44,530 nt of DNA from positions 1 through 44,530 of IMG/VR virus record IMGVR_UViG_3300005805_008859. One strand, 5' to 3'. Origin of the DNA: a virus (Duplodnaviria; Caudoviricetes). The translations under genes were made by a program, and so were the position numbers. The notes beneath the pieces are model-generated. The model had not been told where the DNA came from. It was given only the letters and a program-made list of their open reading frames with translations, and searched no databases. Below are positions 17,471-26,093 of the stretch, piece after piece (positions within the stretch are counted from its first letter, which is position 1; each line of letters opens with the position of its first letter).

Positions 17471-18035
17471 CCAACTAGATACTCAGTTGTGCGAGCGATA
17501 TCCAAAAATCTTTAGGGATAGGCATGCAAGCATGCAGGTGACCGCCATGTGCTGGGGTTTTGACTGTGGTGATGGCTGGTTCAACATCATTAATGCTCTG
17601 TGCGCTGAAATTCAATCACACATTGACGCCACTAGACGAACCCGTGCAGCGCGTCTACGCAGACACCGTGCTAGAGCACGAGCTAAGGCACATGGATCAC
17701 TGCAACCAATCCTGGATCATTTGGCCCGCTTATACAGTAGGCTTGATCCTGTTGAAGCTGCGCCATGGATGGAAGCTGAAGCCCGCCGCATCCTGCAAGA
17801 AGATGAAGCACCACTGCCAGATGTGTGCCCTCAGGTAGTAGCGGTACAGGTAAAAGAAAAATTTGGTGCACTTCATTTTTACTACAATGGTGGAGATGAC
17901 ATCGTTAATGGTCTAGTGCGTATGGCAGAGCGTCTTAGTGAAACTGCATGCGAAATATGTGGAGACGCTGGCAAAGTATACCATGATGGATGGGTGACAA
18001 CTAGATGTCCCCGCCACGCTCCCGCAACAACATAG
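17463..18035 (+). CDS. Conserved phage hypothetical protein with a C-terminal Zn ribbon
   Basis: CGDGWFNII, QVKEKFG, CEICG...C..H. Confidence 0.7.
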   Translation: MNNQLDTQLCERYPKIFRDRHASMQVTAMCWGFDCGDGWFNIINALCAEIQSHIDATRRTRAARLRRHRARARAKAHGSLQPILDHLARLYSRLDPVEAAPWMEAEARRILQEDEAPLPDVCPQVVAVQVKEKFGALHFYYNGGDDIVNGLVRMAERLSETACEICGDAGKVYHDGWVTTRCPRHAPATT

Positions 18036-18053
18036 ATACCTGTGAGACACACT

Positions 18054-18221
18054 ATGAAACGTACAGTAGAAATTAAAAAGATGGATGATGGAGAAGATCT
18101 GTATTTTGAACTCTCTCCTGAAGATATGGAAATTCTAGGTTGGGTCACTGGTGACACTCTCGTTTGGGAATCAAACAATGATGGATCTTGGACTATCTCA
18201 AAGAAGGATGATGTAAAATGA
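18054..18221 (+). CDS. AbrB/MazE/SpoVT-like swapped-hairpin DNA-binding protein (55 aa, not in the ORF track)
   Basis: MKRTVEIKKMDDGEDLYFELSPEDMEILGWVTGDTLVWESNNDGSWTISKKDDVK; ATGA overlap with the next gene. Confidence 0.6.
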   Translation: MKRTVEIKKMDDGEDLYFELSPEDMEILGWVTGDTLVWESNNDGSWTISKKDDVK

Positions 18222-18856
18222 AAATTTACATTGGACCATATGTTAACTGGGTTGGGCCCTATCAAATCGCTGACCTCTTAATGAAGTTCGGAGTCAGTGA
18301 GGACCGCTGCTACGAGATTGGGGAATGGCTCAGTGAGCTTCCCTTGCTCAATGGGCTCTGCCAATGGATTCATGATCGCCGCAAGAGAAAGATCAAGATA
18401 CAGGTGCACAAGTATGATACGTGGAACATGGATTCCACCCTAGCCATGATCATACTGCCCATGCTCAAGCAGCTGCAGGTCACCAAACATGGTTCTCCAT
18501 CAGTAGATGATGAGGATGTACCAGAGCACCTACGCTCTACCTCAGCACCCCCTAAGGAGAACGACTGGGATACGGATGCGCTCTGGCACGACAGATGGGT
18601 TTGGGTTTTGGACGAGCTCATCTGGACCTTTGAACAGCTGCAGCCTGATTACGATTGGCAGGCACAGTATGAATCAGGTGAAATAGATATTGACTGGATT
18701 GATGATGGTAAGGAAACTGCTGGTGGACTGAAACAGCTGGTGCGCGGGCCGCGCGATACCTATAAGATTGACAGAGAGGCAGTGAATGCGCATTCTGCAA
18801 GAATCTCCAAGGGGCTGCAGCTGTTTGGCAAGTACTACCGGGGACTGTGGGATTGA
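18218..18856 (+). CDS. Conserved phage hypothetical protein
   Basis: YDTWNMDSTLA..., GLQLFGKYYRGLWD. Confidence 0.75.
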   Translation: MKIYIGPYVNWVGPYQIADLLMKFGVSEDRCYEIGEWLSELPLLNGLCQWIHDRRKRKIKIQVHKYDTWNMDSTLAMIILPMLKQLQVTKHGSPSVDDEDVPEHLRSTSAPPKENDWDTDALWHDRWVWVLDELIWTFEQLQPDYDWQAQYESGEIDIDWIDDGKETAGGLKQLVRGPRDTYKIDREAVNAHSARISKGLQLFGKYYRGLWD

Positions 18857-18859
18857 GAT

Positions 18860-18887
18860 TTTACAGATTTCAGAACGGTGTTATAAT
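18860..18887 (+). promoter_or_regulatory. Sigma70-type early promoter
   Basis: TTTACA-N16-TATAAT with TG extension. Confidence 0.65.
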
Positions 18888-18968
18888 GTTTCTATGCTTC
18901 ATGTCCATGAAATGAGAACTACATAGTTGAGCTTATGCGTCTGCTAAATAATCTAGGAGTACTGCACC

Positions 18969-19418
18969 ATGGGAACTAACTACTATCTACATCAACAGAC
19001 GGGTCTACCAGCACCTGATGACGAGATTGTACTACACATTGGTAAGAGTTCGGGAGGGTGGTGCTTCTCACTACACGTGATGCCAGAGCGGGGCATCAAC
19101 GATTTACAGGATTGGATAGCTCTAATTGAAAAGCTCGGCCCTCTTGCTAAGATCCGGGATGAATATGGGACAGAGCTGCTGCTGTATGAGCTCATGGAGA
19201 TCATCACTATTCGCTGGATGGATAGGTCTGTTGAAGAATCTGTCAGGCGCAGCGGGGGTGCCGGTGGTCTCTATACTATGAGCGTCCTACAAGAATTCTT
19301 GGACCTAAATAAAGCGGAGCTGGGTCCTAATAACCTCTTGAGGCACCGTATTCACGATCGGTGGTGTGTGAAACACGGTAGTGGAACGTGGGACTGCATA
19401 TTGGGAGAATTCTCATGA
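18969..19418 (+). CDS. Conserved phage hypothetical protein
   Basis: AGGAG RBS; MGTNYYL..HIGKSSGGWCF. Confidence 0.72.
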   Translation: MGTNYYLHQQTGLPAPDDEIVLHIGKSSGGWCFSLHVMPERGINDLQDWIALIEKLGPLAKIRDEYGTELLLYELMEIITIRWMDRSVEESVRRSGGAGGLYTMSVLQEFLDLNKAELGPNNLLRHRIHDRWCVKHGSGTWDCILGEFS

Positions 19419-19714
19419 ACGATAGCACCATAAAGAGTTGGTTCGCGCGCAATGGGTTTAAACCTGCGGGGTGGGGTTCAAATTCTAGAAATTGGTTCTC
19501 GACTAACAGGGCATGTCAAAAATGGGGGCGCCTGTTTAGAATTCGTAAAAAAGATGGAGAGTGGTTAGTAGACGTAAGTGAGCCCGTCTCTCAATTTGAC
19601 CGCTGGGCTAATTCCACACAGCTCACCGTAGGTCTAGGCTGTTTCATGCAGGCTGTAAATAACAGAGCGCTACAGGGCCTGCTAGGTGGTGCAGATCAAA
19701 CAATCAATAACTAA
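19415..19714 (+). CDS. Hypothetical protein
   Basis: ATGA overlap with the upstream stop codon. Confidence 0.6.
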   Translation: MNDSTIKSWFARNGFKPAGWGSNSRNWFSTNRACQKWGRLFRIRKKDGEWLVDVSEPVSQFDRWANSTQLTVGLGCFMQAVNNRALQGLLGGADQTINN

Positions 19715-19745
19715 ATATCGCCTACTAATAATTTAAGGAGTGAAT

Positions 19746-20342
19746 ATGAAAAAGATTCTGGTTAGAAGAGATTCAACTGACAGAGCATTTGGCATGCATA
19801 CTGGTATCACGGGTAATACTTCTGGAATAACGGGCTACATTACCGGCATCATTGGCGATGTAACTAACATCACTGGAGATGCAACGCACGTGAAAGGAAA
19901 TGCTACTAATATCAGTGGTGACATTAGTAATATAAGAGGTGATGTGTCAAATATCACTGGTAATGTGGATGGTCTGTTTGGAGACGTTTCCAGCATAAGT
20001 GGCGATGTAACGAATATTACCGGAATTGTGTGTGGGCCACGGTGGAGCATGACCGGCATCATGGGCAGCATTAGAGGAGACGTTTCACGTATTACTGGTG
20101 ATGTTACAGGCATAACAGGAAACGTAGAAAACATTAGTGGCAAGGTATCTAATATCAGAGGAATTGTTTCAAATATCAGTGGAAATGTCAGCATGCTACG
20201 AGGTGATGTTAGCAGTCTCGTTGGTGACGTTACTGGTATCAGTGGAAATGCTTCTGGGATTGTAGGCGACCTAACCGAGTGTGAAATCTCTCAAGAGGAT
20301 AGAGATCGCGGGCTTGACATCACCGATTTACTGGGAGCCTAA
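19746..20342 (+). CDS. Heptapeptide-repeat protein (G-D/N-V-S/T-x-I-x), paralog 1
   Basis: About 20 tandem 7-residue repeats; AAGGAG RBS. Confidence 0.8.
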   Translation: MKKILVRRDSTDRAFGMHTGITGNTSGITGYITGIIGDVTNITGDATHVKGNATNISGDISNIRGDVSNITGNVDGLFGDVSSISGDVTNITGIVCGPRWSMTGIMGSIRGDVSRITGDVTGITGNVENISGKVSNIRGIVSNISGNVSMLRGDVSSLVGDVTGISGNASGIVGDLTECEISQEDRDRGLDITDLLGA

Positions 20343-20435
20343 AACTGTTCGCAGTGTCCCATAAATGACCTAAGAATAATGTGCAGGTTTCTAGGTTTAG
20401 TGTATAATAGCTCTATTGACTAACTGGAGTTGGCT

Positions 20436-20666
20436 ATGATGAATGAGCAAATTCGCGAAATCGTTGACGCAGTTAGATTTACACGTGAAATTCCCTATCC
20501 AGGTCAAGATGAGATCTTCCAAAGAGTTGCCGAATTAATTATTCTGGAGTGTGCCAAGATCTGCGAGCACACTGCTGATAAACAACTCAATTCTCTGTTC
20601 AGACGTGAGAGTGATGGTGCTATTGCATGCTCTTACGCGATCAAAGAGCACTTTGGGATCAAGTAG
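20436..20666 (+). CDS. Small hypothetical protein, paralog family A
   Basis: MNEQIRE...AELIILECA...IKEHFGIK; TATAAT at 20403. Confidence 0.65.
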   Translation: MMNEQIREIVDAVRFTREIPYPGQDEIFQRVAELIILECAKICEHTADKQLNSLFRRESDGAIACSYAIKEHFGIK

Positions 20667-20686
20667 CAATTAAATCTAATTGTGGG

Positions 20687-20744
20687 TTATAGTGTGAAGT
20701 AGTTCACACTATAAACTCTACGATGCACAGAAGCATGTTATAAT
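20687..20744 (+). promoter_or_regulatory. Palindromic CRP-like box + extended -10 promoter
   Basis: TTATAGTGTGAA-gtag-TTCACACTATAA; TGtTATAAT at 20736-20744. Confidence 0.75.
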
Positions 20745-20775
20745 AATTCTATCGATTGAACACCTGGAGACTCAA

Positions 20776-21024
20776 ATGAGCAAATATACAACTAGAGTTA
20801 CTTGGTTAGGAAACGTCTATGGATGCCGGGTATTCTTTGAAAATGAACTCCTTGTAGAAGGACGCGCGCCAACTCGTAACCTCATTGGCGCCACTTTTAG
20901 AGATCTATTACGAACAATAGATAAGTGCGGAGGAGATAAATTCACCTCTGCTGCTAGGGAGAGAAAGTTTAAAGAAGGCAATCCCATGGCCAGCGTCAAG
21001 CACCTGTGGAACAGAAAAGATTAA
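20776..21024 (+). CDS. Hypothetical protein
   Basis: GGAG RBS. Confidence 0.68.
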   Translation: MSKYTTRVTWLGNVYGCRVFFENELLVEGRAPTRNLIGATFRDLLRTIDKCGGDKFTSAARERKFKEGNPMASVKHLWNRKD

Positions 21025-21041
21025 ACATCAGGGAGTAAAAA

Positions 21042-21248
21042 ATGAACACTCAATTTAGGGCTCTTGTTGAGCAAGCTGGCTACGGGCGTGAAAGATGGAA
21101 TTCCACAGAGCAGTTTGAGAATTTTCTGCAAACCTTGGTCGCTTCAGTTATTCAAGAATGTGCCACAGTCGTTCAAAATGCAGTAGATCAACGAGAACCT
21201 GCTAGCACTTATGTAGACACGCTTCGCAAACATTTCGGAGTTGAATGA
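21042..21248 (+). CDS. Small hypothetical protein, paralog family A
   Basis: MNTQFRALVEQAG...VIQECA...LRKHFGVE. Confidence 0.65.
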   Translation: MNTQFRALVEQAGYGRERWNSTEQFENFLQTLVASVIQECATVVQNAVDQREPASTYVDTLRKHFGVE

Positions 21249-21531
21249 CACGCAGTATACACCCTCAGTATGGAGCTCACACGTGAATGACACCACTAGA
21301 TCATTAGCAGAGGAAGCTGATGCATACTTAAATGACATGGATTATGAAGGTAAACCGGCACCATTTCAACATGGCGATCGTGTGCTGGTTGGACCTCTGA
21401 GTATGGTAGCAACCGTGGTCAGGCAGCGCAAGTGTTATGATGGACCAGATGTTTTCTGGGGTAACGTTGAGCTGCTCTATGATGATGGTATTAAAGGTGT
21501 CAGCAATAGTTGGCAATTGAAGAAACTATGA
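21241..21531 (+). CDS. Hypothetical protein (possible SH3/KOW-like barrel)
   Basis: FQHGDRVLV motif; start uncertain. Confidence 0.5.
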   Translation: MNDTQYTPSVWSSHVNDTTRSLAEEADAYLNDMDYEGKPAPFQHGDRVLVGPLSMVATVVRQRKCYDGPDVFWGNVELLYDDGIKGVSNSWQLKKL

Positions 21532-21701
21532 TCTTACAGAACACTGCAAGCATGGGTCTTGACATGAAACACAGCTACATTGACAAGATAATATCGGCGC
21601 TTGGTTTAATAACTGTTCCAATTTTTATTCTTGTGGCGGTGTATTTTATCGTGTGCACATACATTGAAGACATTTGCTCATATTTTTTAGGAGAGGATTA
21701 G
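21528..21701 (+). CDS. Small single-pass membrane protein
   Basis: One hydrophobic helix; ATGA overlap. Confidence 0.45.
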   Translation: MILQNTASMGLDMKHSYIDKIISALGLITVPIFILVAVYFIVCTYIEDICSYFLGED

Positions 21702-21775
21702 TGCCGTGACAGGTATTTTGCGCGTGGTTTAGATTTATGATATAATAGCACTGCTATTGATCTAACGGAGCAGCT

Positions 21776-22258
21776 ATGAATAATTCCTTGTCAAATAAAT
21801 CTAATTCAACGCGCAACATTACCGGCATCCATGATGGAGTGACTGGGCTGTGCGCGCATGATCTACGAGGAGATCTGTGTCAAATAAGAGGAGATGTCTC
21901 CGGCATCTCAGGTAACGTGAGTGATATTGAGGGCGATGTCTCTGGAATCATGGGTAGCATCTCTGGTATCTGGGGTGAGGTCTCTGGAATCGTTGGGGAT
22001 GTGAGTGGTATTTGGGGAAGTGTTACTTATATCACTGGTGACGTATCAGGTATAGCTGGAGATGTCTCTATGATGCGAGGAGATGTCTCAAATATAAGAG
22101 GCAGCGTTACTGGTGTTGTTGGGGATGTTACGAATATCCGAGGAGATGTGACGGGTATCTGGGGAGATGCTACTGATATTTCAGCAGATGTCACATGCGT
22201 TACAGGCAATCTAGACCAGATTAAATTTAATCCACGCCGGCACCGTGGTTACTGCTAG
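21776..22258 (+). CDS. Heptapeptide-repeat protein (G-D-V-S/T-G-I-x), paralog 2
   Basis: About 17 tandem 7-residue repeats; own TGaTATAAT at 21738-21746; GGAG RBS. Confidence 0.8.
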   Translation: MNNSLSNKSNSTRNITGIHDGVTGLCAHDLRGDLCQIRGDVSGISGNVSDIEGDVSGIMGSISGIWGEVSGIVGDVSGIWGSVTYITGDVSGIAGDVSMMRGDVSNIRGSVTGVVGDVTNIRGDVTGIWGDATDISADVTCVTGNLDQIKFNPRRHRGYC

Positions 22259-22346
22259 TCTGTATGAGATAATAACCATCTAAAATATAAAGAGAAAATC
22301 TAGTGTTTGATATTAATTATTTGCTAAGATTTTAACTGAGGAATTT

Positions 22347-22640
22347 ATGAACAACACCATCAAGAAACTTACTGAAAAAGCTGGATTCTGCTTTTGGGAA
22401 GATGAGCCTTGGGGTCCAGGACCAGGTCATATTGACTGGGGTCCAGAGTACTCACGTGAATTTGAGAGGTTCATCACCTTGTTAGCAGAGCACATTGAGC
22501 GAGAGTGCGCACAGTTACAGGCTCAAAATGGAATTAATTTTTCTGATGATTACGCAGCAGGTCGTCGCATGGGCATGGAAGTTCTCAAGAACACCTTGGT
22601 TGCAGATCTAACACTGGGTGGCCAACATGAGACGGATTGA
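22347..22640 (+). CDS. Small hypothetical protein, paralog family A
   Basis: MNNTIKKLTEKAG...FITLLAEHIERECA. Confidence 0.65.
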   Translation: MNNTIKKLTEKAGFCFWEDEPWGPGPGHIDWGPEYSREFERFITLLAEHIERECAQLQAQNGINFSDDYAAGRRMGMEVLKNTLVADLTLGGQHETD

Positions 22641-23403
22641 GCTAAGTAAATCTGAAGAGTGGCGCTTTGCACTCCAGATTGGAACAGACCACGATTATGG
22701 TAAGAGTTGTTGGTTAGAACTGGCGGCTTTTTCGCGTGCGCTGTGGTTTAGAATTCCCGGTATTCTAAAACCAGCACAGCGGCACGTGACTACAAAGATG
22801 GGTAGCTATACGGACACCATTCGCAGACAGTATGGATTCTCTATAAACAGAGAAGCTCTGCATCTCTACTACGGTATGCAACCGGGATACTGGAGCAGAG
22901 ATGATCCCTCTAATTCAGATCGCTCAGCATGTTGGTTCATTCCTTGGAATCAAACTGACCGCGTGCGCTATGATTTTTTGAATCTTGATGGAAGTCTATT
23001 CCGACGAGTGCACGATAATCCAAATGGTTCATGCCGCATTGATGATATTAGGAGTGCTGAAAAAGATGTCCCTAAAGTAAAATTTAAGTTTAACGATTAT
23101 GATGGTGAAGAAATTACGGCCACCTGCTATCTCTATGAGATGGAATGGAGGTACGGAATTGGTCTATTCCGCTGGGTGCGCTACTTTAGAAAACCAATCA
23201 TTCACCGCTGTCTAGATATGCAATTTAGCTCTGATATAGGGCACAACAAGTCGACTTGGAAGGGTGGAACTATAGGTCACAGCGTTGAATTACTTCATGG
23301 AGAATCTGCCCTGGAGGCATTCATTCGTTATGGATCAGAGATAGAACGCTACAGGGAGGTAGGAAGCCAGAGTAGAGCTTTCTCCAATATCACAGAAGTG
23401 TGA
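22627..23403 (+). CDS. Hypothetical protein
   Basis: 258-aa ORF. Confidence 0.72.
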   Translation: MRRIELSKSEEWRFALQIGTDHDYGKSCWLELAAFSRALWFRIPGILKPAQRHVTTKMGSYTDTIRRQYGFSINREALHLYYGMQPGYWSRDDPSNSDRSACWFIPWNQTDRVRYDFLNLDGSLFRRVHDNPNGSCRIDDIRSAEKDVPKVKFKFNDYDGEEITATCYLYEMEWRYGIGLFRWVRYFRKPIIHRCLDMQFSSDIGHNKSTWKGGTIGHSVELLHGESALEAFIRYGSEIERYREVGSQSRAFSNITEV

Positions 23404-23468
23404 AATATCACAGAAGTGTGAAATATTTCACACTTCTGTGTACCCAGTCCCTGTCCGTGTGTTATAAT
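23386..23468 (+). promoter_or_regulatory. Tandem 18-bp repeat + perfect 32-bp palindrome (CRP-like core) + extended -10 promoter
   Basis: AATATCACAGAAGTGTGA x2; CACAGAAGTGTGAAAT|ATTTCACACTTCTGTG at 23409-23440; TGtTATAAT at 23460-23468. Confidence 0.8.
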
Positions 23469-23611
23469 AGCTCAATAGACTACAGGTAAAGGAAGCGGGC
23501 CATGGATAAAGGTTCTTCTGAAAAATTTCTGTGAACTAAATAACATTGAGAACGCAGAAGAGAAAATCCTGAATTTTTCAAAAAATGTGTCATCTAAGCT
23601 AGGAGAGAAAC

Positions 23612-24760
23612 ATGTCAGGAAAAGGATCTACACAACGCCCAACTGATAAAAAGAAATTCGATGAAGGTTGGGAAAGAATTTTTGGTAAGAAAAAGATTGA
23701 GGAGGCACCTCAGCCCAAGCAGCCCAAGGCGCCCAAGCAGCGCAAGCTTGCAAGCATTAAACGCATTGCCGAGATTAGACTAATTCCAGGGGCCAACCAG
23801 ATATGCTCATATCGAGTAGATGGCTGGTGGGTTGTTGATAAATTATTTGCTCATTCAGTAGGTGACCTTGTTGTCTATCTTGAGGTCGACAGCTGGGTAC
23901 CACACAGCCTGGCACCATTCTTAAGCGGTTGTACTGCTCCTCGAGAGTTCAACGGTGTAAAGGGTGAGCGGCTGCGCACAGTACGGCTGCGTGGTCAACT
24001 CAGCCAAGGACTCTTGCTGAACCGCCAGGTAGTTCTAGATAGAATTGGTGAAATTAGCGAGGGCATGGATGTCGGTGATCTTCTAGGAATTCAAAAGTGG
24101 GAAGCACCCATTCCAGCTCAACTTGCTGGTGAAATGAAGGGAGCTTTCCCAAGCTTCATCCGCAAGACTGATCAGGAACGTATTCAGAATCTAGTACAAG
24201 AATTGCAGGATTGGAACGCACGGGATCTAACATGGGAAGTAACTGAGAAGTTGGATGGATCCTCTGGAACTTTCTACATGCGAGATGGTGAGTTTGGTGC
24301 CTGTAGCCGCAATCTTGAGCTCCGGGAGATTGAAACGAATACCTTCTGGAAAGTAGCGCGGCAGGCCCGTCTAGAAGAAATTCTACGAGCCGATGGTCGC
24401 AATCTCGCACTTCAAGGTGAGGTCATTGGTGAGGGAATCCAGGGTAATCGCTACGGCATAAAGGGTCATGATTTCTATGTTTTTGACATCTATGATATTG
24501 ATGCAGGTCGGTATTTAGTTAGCGACGCACGGCAGCAATTCTGTGCTCAGCATGGCTTGAAGCACGTTCCAGTTATTGAGACAGCTCGACAGCTCGGCGG
24601 TAAAGACGTGGATGCACTGCTTCAGTTAGCTGAGGGCCCAACAGTAATGTCCTCTGCTAAGAAGGGAACAGAACGCGAAGGATATGTGTACAAGTGCCGT
24701 GAGCTTGAGGCTAGCTTCAAAACTATTAGCAATCGATTTTTGCTTAAATCAGGTGACTGA
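23612..24760 (+). CDS. RNA ligase, DRB0094 family (OB domain + Rnl2-like nucleotidyltransferase)
   Basis: RLRGQLSQG, KTDQERIQN, TEKLDGSS, LQGEVIG, FDIYD, EREGYV, FKTISN. Confidence 0.9.
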   Translation: MSGKGSTQRPTDKKKFDEGWERIFGKKKIEEAPQPKQPKAPKQRKLASIKRIAEIRLIPGANQICSYRVDGWWVVDKLFAHSVGDLVVYLEVDSWVPHSLAPFLSGCTAPREFNGVKGERLRTVRLRGQLSQGLLLNRQVVLDRIGEISEGMDVGDLLGIQKWEAPIPAQLAGEMKGAFPSFIRKTDQERIQNLVQELQDWNARDLTWEVTEKLDGSSGTFYMRDGEFGACSRNLELREIETNTFWKVARQARLEEILRADGRNLALQGEVIGEGIQGNRYGIKGHDFYVFDIYDIDAGRYLVSDARQQFCAQHGLKHVPVIETARQLGGKDVDALLQLAEGPTVMSSAKKGTEREGYVYKCRELEASFKTISNRFLLKSGD

Positions 24761-24878
24761 GCATAGTGAGACACTGATTCAGTGGTTACTGGCTGCTTTT
24801 GAAGCTGGCCAGTGCTCTCGACAACGGGCCATTCTTGAAAATCTTAATAAATAATAAAATTCATTAAGATCACCTCAC

Positions 24879-25370
24879 ATGAAACCAAGCTCAAGTAAAG
24901 ATAGATTTTCTATGGAAATTTCTAAATACGCCGAACAAGTGGCAACTGGAAGTGAGTCTGCTGCTGATTGGCTAGACTACTATCTAGAAGCTCGCCGGGT
25001 AGAAATTGAGCTCAGCCCACCATCAGCTCCATGCTTAGAGTACGCGTTGCGAACCTCTGAGAAACTGTGCAGCAAGGCACGAGCAAGTGATGCATATGCC
25101 CAGAACCTATACGCTGCACTGTGCAATAACATTTATGAAATGCAGGGTCAGCGCTGGCACGCTAGTTGGAGACGTTGCGGAGCCATAGTTGCGCACATGA
25201 GAGAGCAAGGAGACTACATAGATTGGTACTGCAGTGGAATCTGGCCTGATGAAGATGATATGAAGGATACGGGCTACCTGCACGAAGGTGAGATCTCTCC
25301 TGAAATCTCAGAAGATCTAACAGATCTTGGATGGACGCTGTATGACGAGAACACTCTTGCACGGGAATAA
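24879..25370 (+). CDS. Conserved phage hypothetical protein
   Basis: YAQNLYAALCNN, SWR, GDYIDWYCSG; AATAAATA at 24846. Confidence 0.72.
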   Translation: MKPSSSKDRFSMEISKYAEQVATGSESAADWLDYYLEARRVEIELSPPSAPCLEYALRTSEKLCSKARASDAYAQNLYAALCNNIYEMQGQRWHASWRRCGAIVAHMREQGDYIDWYCSGIWPDEDDMKDTGYLHEGEISPEISEDLTDLGWTLYDENTLARE

Positions 25371-25376
25371 TACGCA

Positions 25377-25739
25377 ATGAAACTACAAGAACTATTTGAA
25401 TCCTTTAAGAGCGTTCTGTCTTACCCAGTTAGTGATGAAGATCTAGCCAAGATGGTTGTTGCGCTGTGGCTGCTTGAAGCAGAAGGGATTGATAATTTGC
25501 CTGGTGCCAAGAGAGCTCTGTTTTTACATTCTAATTATGCAGCTAGTATTAAATGGATAGATAATGAGATAAAATATAGACCAGAACTAAGAAGTAGGTA
25601 TGATGCGCAACTGAGTGCAATCAAGATATTATCTGCGCGCTCATCAGCTGCTGAAGGCGCTGCAGCACGGGAAACGTTGGTGCAATCTACTATTGAATCT
25701 TTGAAAAAAATAAGCTCTACACTGTCTAGTGTGAAATAG
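25377..25739 (+). CDS. Hypothetical protein
   Basis: MKLQELFE N-terminus. Confidence 0.62.
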   Translation: MKLQELFESFKSVLSYPVSDEDLAKMVVALWLLEAEGIDNLPGAKRALFLHSNYAASIKWIDNEIKYRPELRSRYDAQLSAIKILSARSSAAEGAAARETLVQSTIESLKKISSTLSSVK

Positions 25740-25781
25740 TTCACACATTTCATTGGGCACCTCTTGGATTGGTGTTATAAT
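25728..25781 (+). promoter_or_regulatory. CRP-like box + extended -10 promoter
   Basis: TGTGA-aatagt-TCACA at 25730-25745; TGtTATAAT at 25773-25781. Confidence 0.75.
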
Positions 25782-25814
25782 AGCTCTATAGATTGAATCA
25801 CTATGGAGATTGAA

Positions 25815-26048
25815 ATGCAGAAGATTCAGATGGAAATTGGTGGCAGGACAGCTCTCGTAGATGCAGATCAAGTAAAGAAACATGTTACCAAACAACTGTA
25901 TGTTGTTCGCGTTGCAGCTCTTCAAGAGGCGGTGCAGGCGGAGACTGATCCAGTCTACAGACAACGACTCTCTAACTCATTGAATGACATGATTCAGTTG
26001 CTCTTGAACTTGAACAAGGGCATACGCAAGAATGTTCAATTCATTTGA
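25815..26048 (+). CDS. Hypothetical protein
   Basis: GGAG RBS. Confidence 0.6.
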   Translation: MQKIQMEIGGRTALVDADQVKKHVTKQLYVVRVAALQEAVQAETDPVYRQRLSNSLNDMIQLLLNLNKGIRKNVQFI

Positions 26049-26093
26049 ATCTAGTGTATAATTGATCTATTGTTAAATCCAAGGAGAAACTTC

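Noticed and set aside
23386-23440. Mini CRISPR array
   Set aside because: Two abutting 18-bp units with no spacers and no cas genes
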